Shown: in pieces, positions 12,541 through 24,864 of the stretch
Layout: each line of letters opens with the position of its first letter
How positions within the stretch are numbered: position 1 is the first letter of the stretch
Assembly (NCBI GenBank): GCA_030390025.1
Contig: JASTWF010000036.1
Location: 806,001-870,000 of the forward strand
Direction of reading: 5' to 3'
Length of the DNA: 64,000 nucleotides
Source of the DNA: Squalus acanthias
Lineage: Eukaryota
Program-made: the position numbers and the translations under genes
The notes under the pieces: generated by a model
The model's database searches: none
Seen by the model: only the letters and a program-made list of their open reading frames with translations
Told to the model about the DNA's origin: nothing

Positions 12541-12681
12541 CCACTGGGCGGCGCTGGCCGGAAACGAAGCAAAAAGCAGTGAGGCCCAGTTCCTGCACAG
12601 CGCCACCCAGTGATGTGAATCGAGTACTGCAACCACACAACGCAGCTCAACGCAGCAGCGTGGCACAGCGCCACCCGGTGG
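12541..12681. promoter_or_regulatory. Cluster of three CTCF-like motifs
   Basis: ccactgggcggcgc (12541, +), gcgccacccagtga (12600, -) and gcgccacccggtgg (12668, -) resemble the CCASYAGRKGGCRS consensus, in a CpG-retaining unique stretch. Confidence 0.35.
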
Positions 12682-12865
12682 TAGCGCCGGGGACAGCTTC
12701 ATATCGCCGGACAGCAAATGGTGAAAATCTGAAATGAAAACAGAAGACTTGCTGCTTCTCTCTCCCGCCAGCCCAGTTCCCCCCTTCAAAGTGCCTCCAG
12801 GTCCCATCTCCCATTCCAGTGCTCCAACCTCCTTAACCCCTGCCTCCCACGTACCAGCCCCTGCC

Positions 12866-13297
12866 TTTTTTATTTGTTCCTGGGATGTGGGCATTACTGG
12901 CAAGGCCAGCATTTATTGCCCATCCCTAATTGTCTTTGAGAAGGTGGTGGTGAGCTGCCTTCTTGAGTCCATCTGGTCACTGAGTGGCTCGCTGGGCTAT
13001 TTCAGAGGGCAGTTAACAGTCAACCACATTGCTGTGGGTCTGGAGTCACATATAGGCCAGACTGGGTAAGGACGGCAGATTTCCTTTCTTAAAGGACATT
13101 AGTGAACCAGATGGGTTTTTAACAACAATCCGGTAGCTTCATGGTCATCATTATTGATACTAGCTTTTTATTCCAGATTTATTTAATTGAATTTAAATTC
13201 CCCAGCTGCTGTGTTGGGATCTGAACTCATGTCTCTAGATCATTAAGTCAAGGTCTACTGGATTACTGGTCCAGTAACATAACCACTATGCTACTGT
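12866..13297 (-). mobile_element. tRNA-derived SINE with a CR1-group LINE tail; second copy at ~26610-26828 (+)
   Basis: The reverse complement begins tagcatagtggttatgttactggaccagtaatcc...gagttcagatccc and ends gggcaataaatgctggccttgccag...cccacatccc, the 3' end of the LINE family at 59155-60215. Confidence 0.75.
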
Positions 13298-13475
13298 TCC
13301 CAGGTCCCTGCCTCTCAGATACCAACCCCTGCCTCCCATGCACCAACCCCAAGCCACTGTCACTCACCTCCTCCTTGCTCCACCCCTCCCTACGTTCTCA
13401 CCTGCATACGCTCCAGCAGCTCCCTCTCCTCTGCCTGGTCCGAGTATCCACCTATTGCGCGTTGGCTATCTTAAA

Positions 13476-14503
13476 GAGAGAAGTCGCACAACACCAGGTT
13501 ATAGTCCAACAGATTTATTTAATTTTACAAGCTTTCGGAGCTGTCGCTCCTTCGTCAGGTAAGTTAGCAATGAGAGAATCTCCCAGAATTCACAATTTAA
13601 ACCCAGACAAAATCCATTCACACCATTCGCTACAACAAAGAGCACAGCCAAGACAATGAGATGTGTCCCAGGGGGTCCAACGTGTCAAACCACCTGCTGG
13701 CTGCATATCCTGTCAATTTGTGTTCTTGTGTTAGCCTTTTTAAAAAAAAAACAAAAAAAAAAAAAAACACCTGGGAAGACCGGCCATGATGTCAAGTCAC
13801 GTTCTGTATCGTGACATGAACCCGATATCGCGATTGAGGCCATCCTCATGAGTGCGGAACTTGGCTATCAGTTTCTGCTCTATGATTTTGCGCTGTCGTG
13901 TATCTCGAAGGCCGCCTTGGAGAACGCTTACCCGCAGATCCGAGGCTGAATGCCCCTGACTGCTGAAGTGTTCCCCGACTGGGAGGCAACCCTCCTGCCT
14001 GGCGATTGTTGCGCGGTGTCCGTTCATACGTTGTCTCAGTGTCTGCATGGTCTCGCCGATGTACCATGCTCTGGAGCATCCTTTACTGCAACGTATCAGG
14101 TAGACAACGTTGGCCGAGTCACATGAGTATGTACCGTGTACCTGGTGGGTAGTGTCCTCACGTGTAATGATGGTATCTGTGTCCATGATTTGGCATGTCT
14201 TGCAGAGGTTGCCGTGGCAGGGTTGTGTGGTGTCTTGGTTGCTGTTCTCCTGAAAGATGGGTAATCTGCTGCGAACGATGGTACTTTTGAGGTTAGGCGG
14301 CTGCTTGAAGGCGAGTAGTGGAGGCGTGGGGATGGCCTTAGCAAGGTGTTCGTCATCATCGATGACATGTTGAAGGCTGCGAAGAACATGGCGTAGTTTT
14401 TCCGCTCCGGGGAAGTACTGGACGACGTAGGGTACTCTGTTGGTTGTGTCCCGTGTTCGTCTTCTGAGGAGGTCTATGCGGTTTTTCGCTGTGGCCCGTC
14501 GGA
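13476..14503 (-). mobile_element. Penelope-like element fragment (GIY-YIG), a subfamily related to the palindromic copy
   Basis: ORF 13797-14708 contains RVPYVVQYFPG...CHGNLCKTC...VVYLIRC...WYIGET...HEDGLNRD. Same terminus (gagaagtcgcacaacaccaggttatagtcc) as the left palindrome arm. Confidence 0.9.
13525..13562 (-). ncRNA. Minimal type I hammerhead ribozyme
   Basis: Minus strand reads ttac-CTGACGA-a-ggagc-gaca-gctcc-GAAA-gc-TT-gtaa. Confidence 0.85.
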
Positions 14504-14764
14504 AAGAGGTAAGAGCTCGAAGCTGAGTACATTGACAAATGAAAGTATGTGAGAGTCCTATCGAGAGAGCTAGGGAGATGTACAAAAATAACAGAGATTG
14601 GCCACACCCAAAGAGAGACGTACCCAAAGAGTCAGCGAAAGAGTGAGAAAAAGAACGAACCTCCCCTTGCAGAAATAGACACCCGAATGAGAAATGTCTG
14701 GGAGTCATACAGAAATAGTAGAGTGGAAGCCAAATAGAAAGTCAGAGAGAAATACAGAAAGAAT

Positions 14765-15077
14765 TGGAGTCTAGAACTAGGATAGGAATCTCAGGATAAT
14801 GGGTTGGCCATTTAGGACTGAGATGAGGAGGAATTTCTTCACTCAGAGGGTGGTGAATCTTTGGAATTCTCTACCCCAGAGGGCTGTGGAGGCTCAGTCG
14901 TTGAGTATATTCAAGGCTGAGATCGATAGATTTTTGAATATTAAGGGAATCGAGGGATATGGGGATAGTGCAGGAAAGTGGAGTTGAGGTAGAAGATCAG
15001 CCATGATCTTATTGAATGGCGGAGCAGGCTCGAGGGGCTCAATGGCCTACTCCTGCTCCTATTTCTTATGTTCTTAT
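14765..15077 (+). mobile_element. CR1 LINE 3' end
   Basis: FRTEMRRNFFTQRVVNLWNSLPQ; tail atttcttatgttcttat. Confidence 0.88.
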
Positions 15078-15407
15078 AATTAGAGAGGGAAGAATGAGAG
15101 AGTTGCAAGAAGAAAACAAAATCTCTGTCAGCAATGCCACAACGATTGTATTTGTACTTTTAGTAAATATATCACTGCACTGAATAAATTGACCAAAGAC
15201 CCCTGTTCAAAACAACTCCGATATATCGCACGCTGTTCACGGCATCGCTGTCTTCAGTCATGTGCGCTGAGACACACAAAAAAAAGAGATGAGACAGAGC
15301 GAAAGAGAGCCTTACACACAGAGTGAAAGTAAGAGCGAGATAAAGAATGAAGAAATACAGAACTGGACGGTCTCTGAAACTTCCTGTCTCATCCAGCGGA
15401 CTGTAAC

Positions 15408-15905
15408 GTGGAAAGGATCTGTCAGAAAGTGTGGAAAGGATCTGTCAGAAAGTGGGGAAAGGATCTGTCAGAAAGTGGGGAAAGGATCTGTCAGAAAGTG
15501 GGGAATGGATCTGTCAGAAAGTGGGGAATGGATCTGTCAGAAAGTGGGGAATGGATCTGTCAGAAAGTGGGGAATGGATCTGTCAGAAAGTGGGGAATGG
15601 ATCTGTCAGAAAGTGTGGAATGGATCTGTCAGAAAGTGGGGAATGGATCTGTCAGAAAGTGTGGAATGGATCTGTCAGAAAGTGGGGAATGGATCTGTCA
15701 GAAAGTGGGGAATGGATCTGTCAGAAAGTGGGGAAAGGATCTGTCAGAAAGTGTGGAATGGATCTGTCCAAAAGTGTGGAATGGATCTGTCAGAAAGTGG
15801 GGAATGGATCTGTCAGAAAGCGTGGAATGGATCTGTCAGAAAGTGGGGAATGGATCTGTCAGAAAGTGGGGAATGGATCTGTCAGAATGTGTGGAATGGA
15901 TCTGC
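15408..15905 (+). repeat. 23-bp minisatellite ggaatggatctgtcagaaagtgg, about 21 copies
   Basis: Tandem units visible directly. Confidence 0.95.
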
Positions 15906-16162
15906 ATCATTGCAATTTGTAGAGGCTGAAGATGATACGACTGAATTTCACCAACACATTAATACGTTCTAAAGTTATGTTTTGTACTTTATTGAATGAA
16001 CCCGTTTCTTGGTGCACTCATGATTGAGGAAGTGCCTACTTGCTGACTTAACGAAGAGAAATATGAGCTTTCTCAGAGTCCGTGTCAGCTGTGGCTCAGT
16101 GGGTAGCACTCTCACTTCTAAGTCAGAAGGTGTTTGGATTCTATGTCCCACTCCAGAGACTT

Positions 16163-16667
16163 ATCCAGCACAGAAGGAGGCCATTCAGCCTATCGTGCCG
16201 GCTCTTTGGCAGAGCTATCCAATTAGTCCCACACCTCTGCTCTTTCCCCACAGCTCTGTAATTTTTTTCCTTCAGGTTCTTATCCAATTCCCTTTTGAAA
16301 GCCATGATTGAATCTGCCTCCACCACCCTCTCAGGCAGTGCATTCCAGATCCTAACCACTCGCTGCGTAAAAAATTTTCTCCTCATGTCACCTCTGGTTC
16401 TTTTGCCAATCACCTTAAATCTGTGTCCTCTGGTTCTCGACCCTTCCACCAATGGGAACAGTTTCTCCTTATTTACTCCATCAAAGCCCTTCCTGATTTT
16501 GAACACCTCTATCAAATCTCCTTTTAACCTTCTCTGCTCTAAGGAGAACAACCCCAGCTTCTCCAGTCTCTTTACATAACCGAAATCCCTTATCCCTGGT
16601 ACCATTCGAGTAAATCTCTTCTACACCCTCATCCTTCCTAAAGTTTGGTGCCCAGAATTGAACAGAA
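16163..16667 (-). mobile_element. CR1 LINE 3' fragment nested in the SINE
   Basis: ORF 16141-16605: RLEKLGLFSLEQRRLKGDLIEVFK...FFTQRVVRIWNALPE. Confidence 0.88.
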
Positions 16668-16702
16668 TACTTGAGCCCATAATCCAGGCTGACACTCCCA
16701 GT

Positions 16703-19604
16703 GCAATACTGAGGGAGCGCCGCACTGTCGGAGGGGCAGTACTGAGGGAATGTCGCACTGTCGGAGGGGCAATACTGAGGGAGCGCCGCACTGTCGGAGG
16801 GGCAGTACTGAGGGAGTGCCGCACTGTCGGAGGGGCAGTACTGAGGGAATGCCGCACTGTCGGAGGGGCAGTACTGAGGGAATGCCGCACTGTCGGAGGG
16901 GCAGTACTGAGGGAGCGCCGCACTGTCGGAGGGGCAGTACTGAGGGAGCGCCGCACTGTCGGAGGGGCGGTACTGAGGGAGCGCCGCACTGTCGGAGGGG
17001 CAGTACTGAGGGAGCTCCGCACTGTCGGAGGGGCAGTACTGAGGGAATGCCGCACTGTCGGAGGGGCAGTACTGAGGGAGCGCCGCACTGTCAGAGGGGC
17101 AGTACTGAGGGAGCGCCGCACTGTCGGAGGGGCGGTACTGAGGGAGCGCCGCACTGTCGGAAGGGCGGTACTGAGGGAGCGCCGCACTGTCGGAGGGGCA
17201 GTACTGAGGGAGCGCCGCACTGTCGGAGGGGCAGTACTGAGGGAATGTCGCACTGTCGGAGGGGCAGTACTGAGGGAGCGCCGCACTGTCAGAGGGGCGG
17301 TACTGAGGGAGCGCCGCACTGTCGGAGGGGCGGTACTGAGGGAATGCCGCACTGTCGGAGGGGCAGTACTGAGGGAGCGCCGCACTGTCGGAGGGGCAGT
17401 ACTGAGGGAGCGCCGCACTGTCGGAGGGGCAGTACTGAGGGAGCGCCGCACTGTCGGAGGGGCAGTACTGAGGGAGCGCCGCACTGTCGGAGGGGCAGTA
17501 CTGAGGGAATGCCGCACTGTCGGAGGGGCAGTACTGAGGGAGCGCCGCACTGTCGGAGGGGCAGTACTGAGGGAGCGCCGCACTGTCGGAGGGGCAGTAC
17601 TGAGGGAGCGCCGCACTGTCGGAGGGGCAGTACTGAGGGAATGCCGCACTGTCGGAGGGGCAGTACTGAGGGAGAGCCGCACTGTCGGAGGGGCGGTACT
17701 GAGGGAGAGCCGCACTGTCGGAGGGGCGGTACTGAGGGAATGCCGCACTGTCGGAGGGGCAGTACTGAGGGAGTGCCGCACTGTCGGAGGGGCAGTACTG
17801 AGGGAGAGCCGCACTGTCGGAGGGGCAGTACTGAGGGAGCTCCGCACTGTCGGAGGGGCAGTACTGAGGGAGCGCCGCACTGTCGGAGGGGCAGTACTGA
17901 GGGAGCGCCGCACTGTCGGAGGGGCAGTACTGAGGGAGCGCCGCACTGTCGGAGGGGCAGTACTGAGGGAATGCCGCACTGTCGGAGGGGCAGTACTGAG
18001 GGAGAGCCGCACTGTCGGAGGGGCGGTACTGAGGGAGAGCCGCACTGTCGGAGGGGCGGTACTGAGGGAATGCCGCACTGTCGGAGGGGCAGTACTGAGG
18101 GAGTGCCGCACTGTCGGAGGGGCAGTACTGAGGGAGAGCCGCACTGTCGGAGGGGCAGTACTGAGGGAACGCCGCACTGTCGGAGGGGCAGTACTGAGGG
18201 AGCGCCGCACTGTCGGAGGGGCAGTACTGAGGGAGCGCCGCACTGTCGGAGGGGCAGTACTGAGGGAGCGCCGCACTGTCGGAGGGGCAGTACTGAGGGA
18301 GCGCCGCACTGTCGGAGGGGCAGTACTGAGGGAGAGCCGCACTGTCGGAGGGGCGGTACTGAGGGAGAGCCGCACTGTCGGAGGGGCGGTACTGAGGGAA
18401 TGCCGCACTGTCGGAGGGGCGGTACTGAGGGAGTGCCGCACTGTCGGAGGGGCGGTACTGAGGGAGAGCCGCACTGTCGGAGGGGCAGTACTGAGGGAGA
18501 GCCGCACTGTCGGAGGGGCGGTACTGAGGGAGAGCCGCACTGTCGGAGGGGCGGTACTGAGGGAATGCCGCACTGTCGGAGGGGCGGTACTGAGGGAGTG
18601 CCGCACTGTCGGAGGGGCAGTACTGAGGGAGAGCCGCACTGTCGGAGGGGCAGTACTGAGGGAGCGCCGCACTGTCGGAGGGGCAGTACTGAGGGAGCGC
18701 CGCACTGTCGGAGGGGCAGTACTGAGGGAGCGCCGCACTGTCGGAGGGGCAGTACTGAGGGAGCGCCGCACTGTCGGAGGGGCAGTACTGAGGGAGTGCC
18801 GCACTGTCGGAGGGGCAGTACTGAGGGAGCGCCGCACTGTCGGAGGGGCAGTACTGAGGGAGCGCCGCACTGTCGGAGGGGCGGTACTGAGGGAGCGCCG
18901 CACTGTCGGAGGGGCAGTACTGAGGGAGAGCCGCACTGTCGGAGGGGCAGTACTGAGGGAGCACCGCACTGTCGGAGGGGCAGTACTGAGGGAGCGCCGC
19001 ACTGTCGGAGGGGCAGTACTGAGGGAGCGCCGCACTGTCGGAGGGGCAGTACTGAGGGAGCGCCGCACTGTCGGAGGGGCAGTACTGAGGGAGCGCCGCA
19101 CTGTCGGAGGGGCAGTACTGAGGGAGCGCCGCACTGTCGGAGGGGCAGTACTGAGGGAGCGCCGCACTGTCGGAGGGGCGGTACTGAGGGAGCGCCGCAC
19201 TGTCGGAGGGGCAGTACTGAGGGAGCGCCGCACTGTCGGAGGGGCGGTACTGAGGGAGCGCCGCACTGTCGGAGGGTCGGTACTGAGGGAGCGCCGCACT
19301 GTCGGAAGGGCGGTACTGAGGGAGCGCCGCACTGTCGGAAGGGCGGTACTGAGGGAGCGCCGCACTGTCGGAGGGGCAGTACTGAGGGAGCGCCGCACTG
19401 TCGGAGGGGCGGTACTGAGGGAGCGCCGCACTGTCGGAAGGGCGGTACTGAGGGAGCGCCGCACTGTCGGAGGGTCAGTACTGAGGGAGCGGGGCACTGT
19501 CGGAGGGGCAGTACTGAGGGAGCGCCGCACTGTCGGAGGGGCGGTACTGAGGGAGCGCCGCACTGTCGGAGGGTCAGTACTGAGGGAGCGCTGCACTGTC
19601 GGAG
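16703..19604 (+). repeat. 33-bp minisatellite gtactgagggagcgccgcactgtcggaggggca, about 88 copies, SINE-derived
   Basis: Direct tandem units; 11-aa periodicity in the ORF track. Confidence 0.97.
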
Positions 19605-20234
19605 GTGCCGTCTTTCGGGTGAGACGTTAAACCGAGGCCCCGTCTACTCTCAGGTGGATGTAAAATATCCGATGGCACTATTTCGAAGAAGAGCGGGGGA
19701 ATTCTCCCCGGTGTCCCGGTCAATATTTATCCCTCAAACGTCATCACTAATAACAGATTATCTGGTCATTATCACATTGCTGTTTGCGGGAGCTTGCTGT
19801 GCGCAAATTGACTGCCGCGTTTCCTACATTACAACAGTGACCACACTTCAAAAGCACTTCATTGGCTGTGAAGCGCTTTGGGACGTCCGGTGGTCGTGAA
19901 AGGCGCGATATAGAATGTAAGTCTTTCTCAGTGCACTCGCCATCTTATGGAGGGAGCCTGATGTAACCATTCTTTTGTCCACAGGGGGCTCCACTGAGCT
20001 CAAACTTCATTTTCATGGTCGAACATCTTGGGGAGGTGGGAAGGATTCTCTTGTTGCCATGAGTAGTTGACATCATTAACATGCTCTTTTTGTATGAATT
20101 AGCAATGCCATTATACATAGCCACCAGAGCAGTTCTTTCCCCTCTGTGTCGCTGTGTAAATCGAGGTAAGCGCCTTGAATCAATTTTTACTCCTCTTCTT
20201 CCTTCCATCCCCGAATGATACTTTGTCCAGAGAC

Positions 20235-20822
20235 TCAGAGAGTTGTCGGGATCTGGAATGCTTTCCTGAAAAGGTGGTGGAAGCTGGTTCCAGAAATCAT
20301 TTTAAAAGGGAGTTGGACAGGTTCTTGAGGATGAGGACGCGGGACACGGACAAAAAGCGCGGATGTGGGACTGAGCACGACTGCTCTTTCAAAGAGCTGG
20401 CACGGGCACGACGGGCCGAATGGCCTCCTTCTGTGCTGTACGTTTCTCTGATTCTATGACTGCAGCCACATTTCCAGATGTTGAACAGCAGCACCTAGGA
20501 AGAGCACAATGGTGCACAAGAGTCCCAAGGTGGCAAAGTCCTCAAACCTTCAACCTTAAAATTAGAGCCAGGCCGTTCAGGGGTGATGTCAGGAAGCACT
20601 TCTTCACACAAAGGGTAGTGGAAATCTGGAACTCTCTCCCACAAAAGGCTGTTGAGGCTGGGGGTCAAATGAAAATTTCAAGATCGATAGATTTCTGTTG
20701 GGCAAGGGTATTAAGGGCTATGGAACCAAGGCGGGTAGATGGAGTTAAGAGACAGATCAGCCGTGATCTCATTGAATGGTGGAACAGGCTCGAGGGGCTG
20801 GATGACCTCCTCCTGTTCCTGC
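20235..20822 (+). mobile_element. Two CR1 3'-end fragments (~20235-20460 and ~20548-20822)
   Basis: gccgaatggcctccttctgtgctg...attctatg; HFFTQRVVEIWNSLPQKAVEA. Confidence 0.75.
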
Positions 20823-21343
20823 GATTAGCTGATTCTACAGAAAACCATGCTCCTGCCCACCAGTGCTGATCTGCATTCCTCCCATTGCATACATAATATG
20901 CAACCTTGCTGTGCAGGTTAACAGATCACATCTGGTCTTAAAAACAGTTTGATAAATAGGATGTTCTTGTGACAGATGTGCTTTGAGTGAGATTCTCTGC
21001 ATATTGCAGCAGGTACTTGATAGGCCTGGCACTGTGACAGCTAAAAAGTGCACAGAAAATGAAATATGCAACAGCTCTTTTATCTATGTGATCCCTATTT
21101 ATAAACCTCCTTTGTGCTGCGGAGCATCTAACTCCACTAGTGCCATTATATTGAGCAACAACCTGCCTTTGACACGATTAAATGTCCCAAGGTGAATGGA
21201 CTAAATGGAGGGAGTTTCAGGCAGTAGAATCTAGAAGACTGAAAGCTCGGCCACCAAGTGAGCAATGCCAGAGGAAGAGGTCACACAAGGTTTGGTTTCA
21301 GAGGACTATAGATCTTGGGCAGTGACCTGGAGCTGGAAGGGGT

Positions 21344-22510
21344 CGTAGAGGTATAGTGGGGCAAGGCTATGGAGGTAGATGTAGAGGGAGTGTGGGACAT
21401 GACCATGGAGGTGGATGTAGAGGTATAGTGGGGCAAGGCTATGGAGGTGGATGTAGAGGGAGTGTGGGACATGGCCATGGAGGTGGATGTAGAGGTATAG
21501 TGGGGCAAGGCTATGGAGGTGGATGTAGAGGGAGTGTGGGACATGGCCATGGAGGTGGATGTAGAGGGAGTGTGGGACATGGCCATGGAGGTAGATGTAG
21601 AGGTATGGTGTGGGGCATGGCCATGGAGGTGGATGTAGAGGGAGTGTGGGACATGGCCATGGAGGTAGATGTAGAGGTATAGTGGGACATGGCCATGGAG
21701 GTAGATGTAGAGGTATAGTGGGGCATGGCCATGGAGGTAGATGTAGAGGTATGGTGTGGGGCATGGCCATGGAGGTGGATGTAGAGGGAGTGTGGGACAT
21801 GGCCATGGAGGTAGATGTAGAGGGAGTGTGGGACATGGCCATGGAGGTAGATGTAGAGGGAGTGTGGGGCATGGTCATGGAGGTAGATGTAGAGGGAGTG
21901 TGGGACATGGCCATGGAGGTAGATGTAGAGGTATAGTGGGACATGGCCATGGAGGTAGATGTAGAGGTATAGTGGGGCATGGCCATGGAGGTAGATGTAG
22001 AGGGAGTGTGGGACATGGCCATGGAGGTAGATGTAGAGGGAGTGTGGGACATGGCCATGGAGGTAGATGTAGAGGGAGTGTGGGACATGGTCATGGAGGT
22101 AGATGTAGAGGGAGTGTGGGGCATGGCCATGGAGGTAGATGTAGAGGTATAGTGGGACATGGCCATGGAGGTAGATGTAGAGATAGTGTGGGCCATGGCC
22201 ATGGAGGTGGATGTAGAGGTATAGTGGGACATGGCCATGGAGGTAGATGTAGAGGGAGTGTGGGGCATGGCCATGGAGGTAGATGTAGAGGTATAGTGGG
22301 ACATGGCCATGGAGGTAGATGTAGAGGGAGTGTGGGACATGGCCATGGAGGTAGATGTAGAGGGAGTGTGGGACATGGCCATGGAGGTAGATGTAGAGGG
22401 AGTGTGGGACATGGTCATGGAGGTAGATGTAGAGGGAGTGTGGGACATGGTCATGGAGGTAGATGTAGAGGGAGTGTGGGACATGGCCATGGAGGTAGAT
22501 GTAGAGGTAG
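21344..22510 (+). repeat. 36-bp minisatellite atggaggtagatgtagagggagtgtgggacatggcc, about 32 copies, growing out of a decayed L2 (~21180-21375, minus)
   Basis: Tandem units. The first unit (gctggaaggggtcgtagaggtatagtggggcaaggctatggagg) resembles the L2 sequence at ~41020-41066. Confidence 0.9.
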
Positions 22511-23683
22511 ACCAGAAAGTTACCAGGTTTGACTTGCTATCCAATGACTCCTGCCGGAATGTATATGTGTGTGGGTGCTGGGGGACATTAGGTTCAGGTG
22601 TGGATTGATGCTCCCCCATGGTTTAATAGCCTGTTGACACGCCATGTGTAGGCTTAGGCATGAAGAATGGCCTATTGGGTGAGGGACTGGAGGATGACTG
22701 GTGACTATGGGACTGCAGTGCAGAAAGTGGCTGCAGAAGGCTGGGAGAGATCCATCAATTTGAGCATTCATTTTGAAACTTGGCTGCATTCGTTCAGATT
22801 TCAGGAGCACAAATTCTAGATCAAACCAGACTTTATCTCTCTGTGGAAAAATGAACAAAAAAACACACATACTTCATTGCCACATGAGTTTTTAGCCTTG
22901 TAATCATGACCCTTGGATCTAGGCCCAACAAACTTGAGATCTTCCAGCAAGTTTGTGGAACCTTTTCCTTAGACATTCAGAAGTGTTATCACAAGTAGAA
23001 CCTGGAGGGTTTTGTGTCCAGGCACAATTGTACACTGGCACATGCAAAACCAATTTGGGCAGATAGTCAATGTTGCTATTGGGATTTCCACAGGTTCTGC
23101 ATGGAAATAGCCATTTTAACTCGGCCCGTTGACCTCATCCTTCACTTTTGTCTAAATCTCTTCAGAAAGTCAAACAATCTTGCGCCGTAAAGGCTTTGCT
23201 GTTATAATAGGCCGTTCATAAAAATGTGGTCTTTTACTAAACTGTATTAATGTGTAAAAGATAAGACTTGCTCTGTATTTCGCTGCCTTTGGAAGAAATG
23301 AGGCAGTAGATTGACAGTATTGTGCTGTGCACTGAAAATTATTAACTTCAAATGATTTATGCCTGAGTCAGGACCAGGCAGGCTTACAGGAATTCTATAT
23401 AATGCGGAGGTACAGGATGAGCAAGAGAAGGTTTTATACTTGGACTCTCTGTGCTTGTACGAGGTGTTCATTTATTCAGAATTTAAAGCACATCTTGACG
23501 CAAAACCATTGAAATATTTTCCTTGTTATGATTCGAGCTCTCTTGCAACTCTATTTGTGTTCACCAGCATGTTCAATAGGTTAACCCACTTTCCTCGACA
23601 CTTACAATTTAAAGCATATGATGAACACGAGTAGCATGTATCAGGGTTAACGATATACCTTGTGCTCCTCGGTTATGCACTAT

Positions 23684-23868
23684 GGGGGTAATTTTACCCT
23701 AACTCACCTAGGCAGGAAGCTCACAGGATCGGGTGGAACGCCAGTTTTACGCCCCACACAATATTACTCCATTGGCTTCAATGGGGAGTTAAAATCGAGC
23801 GGGCTGTAAAACCATCGTTGCATCTGATCTCAGTTTCCCAAAGGGCAGGGCGAGTTAAAATTACCCCC
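23684..23868. mobile_element. Palindromic MITE (~185 bp), probably PIF/Harbinger-type
   Basis: Termini gggggtaatttta / taaaattaccccc; centre ccattggcttcaatgg; same family at 30123-30310. Confidence 0.7.
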
Positions 23869-24145
23869 GAGAAGTCTTACAGGATGCCCACTGTATATGC
23901 TCCTGATCTCCATGATTGGTGGAAAAACATCATGCTTTCAGAACACATAGTTCAGGCTGCAACTACAATTAGGATTTATTATGAGAAATAAATTTATACA
24001 GAAGCAAAATAAACCAGCGAATAAACAGGAACACAGTGCATAACTTACATTGATACTTTAAATTGTTTCTGAAACTAAAATAACATAGTGACACACAGAC
24101 CAAAATAAATTGTTCAAGTTCCTCTGCTGAGTTGTTTGAAAGAAT

Positions 24146-24858
24146 AGCCTGGATTTTGCCAGCCCTGGGGAGGCGGGTTTGGAGGTGGGACTGCCGGGAA
24201 AATGGCAGAATCTGGGGGTAACAGGCAGTTAAGAGGATTATCTGCATTTTTCCACCAGAGGCGCGGGCTTCCAGACGTCGGGAAACCCCGCCAGGGTCAC
24301 CGAGGCGAGCAGTGGGTCTGTGGGGTCGGAGGGGTGCAAAAGTGCACTGTGGAGGTAAGTGATGGGTGCAAGTGTGGAGAGGCAAGTATGTGAGGTGAGT
24401 GGAAAGTGATAGAAAATGTTTACTTACCTTTGTTTCTTCCTGCAGGCTTCAAACGTTGGGGATGCGGAGACTCTCGCATCTCACCGGCAGAGATGACAGA
24501 TGGCTGCTGCATTCTCCGATGCAACAGCCATCTGATTTCTGCTCACAAAAGAGGTTTGATGAGTCTTGAATACAGGAACTCATCAAACAACAGAGAATGT
24601 CAGTGTTTGATAGCTTCACAGAGCTGTCAAACGATGACAATTCATCTGTCAAAAATTTTTGACAGAAAAAACGTCATACGCTGACGTTCTCTGTAACCGG
24701 CTTCCCCTTAATTGGCCTGCTAAGCCCGCTGGGCGGGCTTAACAAGGTCAATCAAGGGAAAATAGCATGGGTTGGCCAGAAGTCGATGGAGGCGGGACTA
24801 AAACCCGACAAGTGGGAGTCCCGCCTCCAAAAGCTCCCCATTGGCAAAATCCAACCCC
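24146..24858. mobile_element. Non-autonomous DNA transposon with terminal inverted repeats (Harbinger-like)
   Basis: tggattttgcca (24150-24161) and tggcaaaatcca (24842-24853); the same terminal motif (aaaatccagccc) ends at 52737. Confidence 0.6.
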
Positions 24859-24864
24859 CAATGT

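Larger units (their letters stand above)
16083..19928 (+). mobile_element. Full-length Deu-domain SINE: head 16083-16160, interrupted by a CR1 fragment, internal 33-bp array, Deu core and tail 19605-19928
   Basis: Head gtcagctgtggctcagtgggtagcactctc; core gccgtctttcgggtgagacgttaaaccgaggcccc...gatggcactatttcgaagaagagc; tail gtgaaaggcgcgatatagaatgtaagtctttc. Confidence 0.82.

Noticed and set aside
16481..19899. ORFs of 830-1050 aa with an 11-aa repeat; CRISPR-like regularity
   Set aside because: Translation of a 33-bp SINE-derived tandem repeat. There are no unique spacers or cas genes, and the context is eukaryotic.
19984..20165. Candidate exon (ttcttttgtccacag acceptor ... cgag|gtaagc donor)
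   Set aside because: Stops in all three + frames and no recognisable protein. It could be a non-coding exon but cannot be supported from sequence alone.
21306..22619. Mucin-like Ser/Thr-rich ORF
   Set aside because: A 36-bp minisatellite derived from L2; frames shift within the array and there is no signal peptide or exon context.
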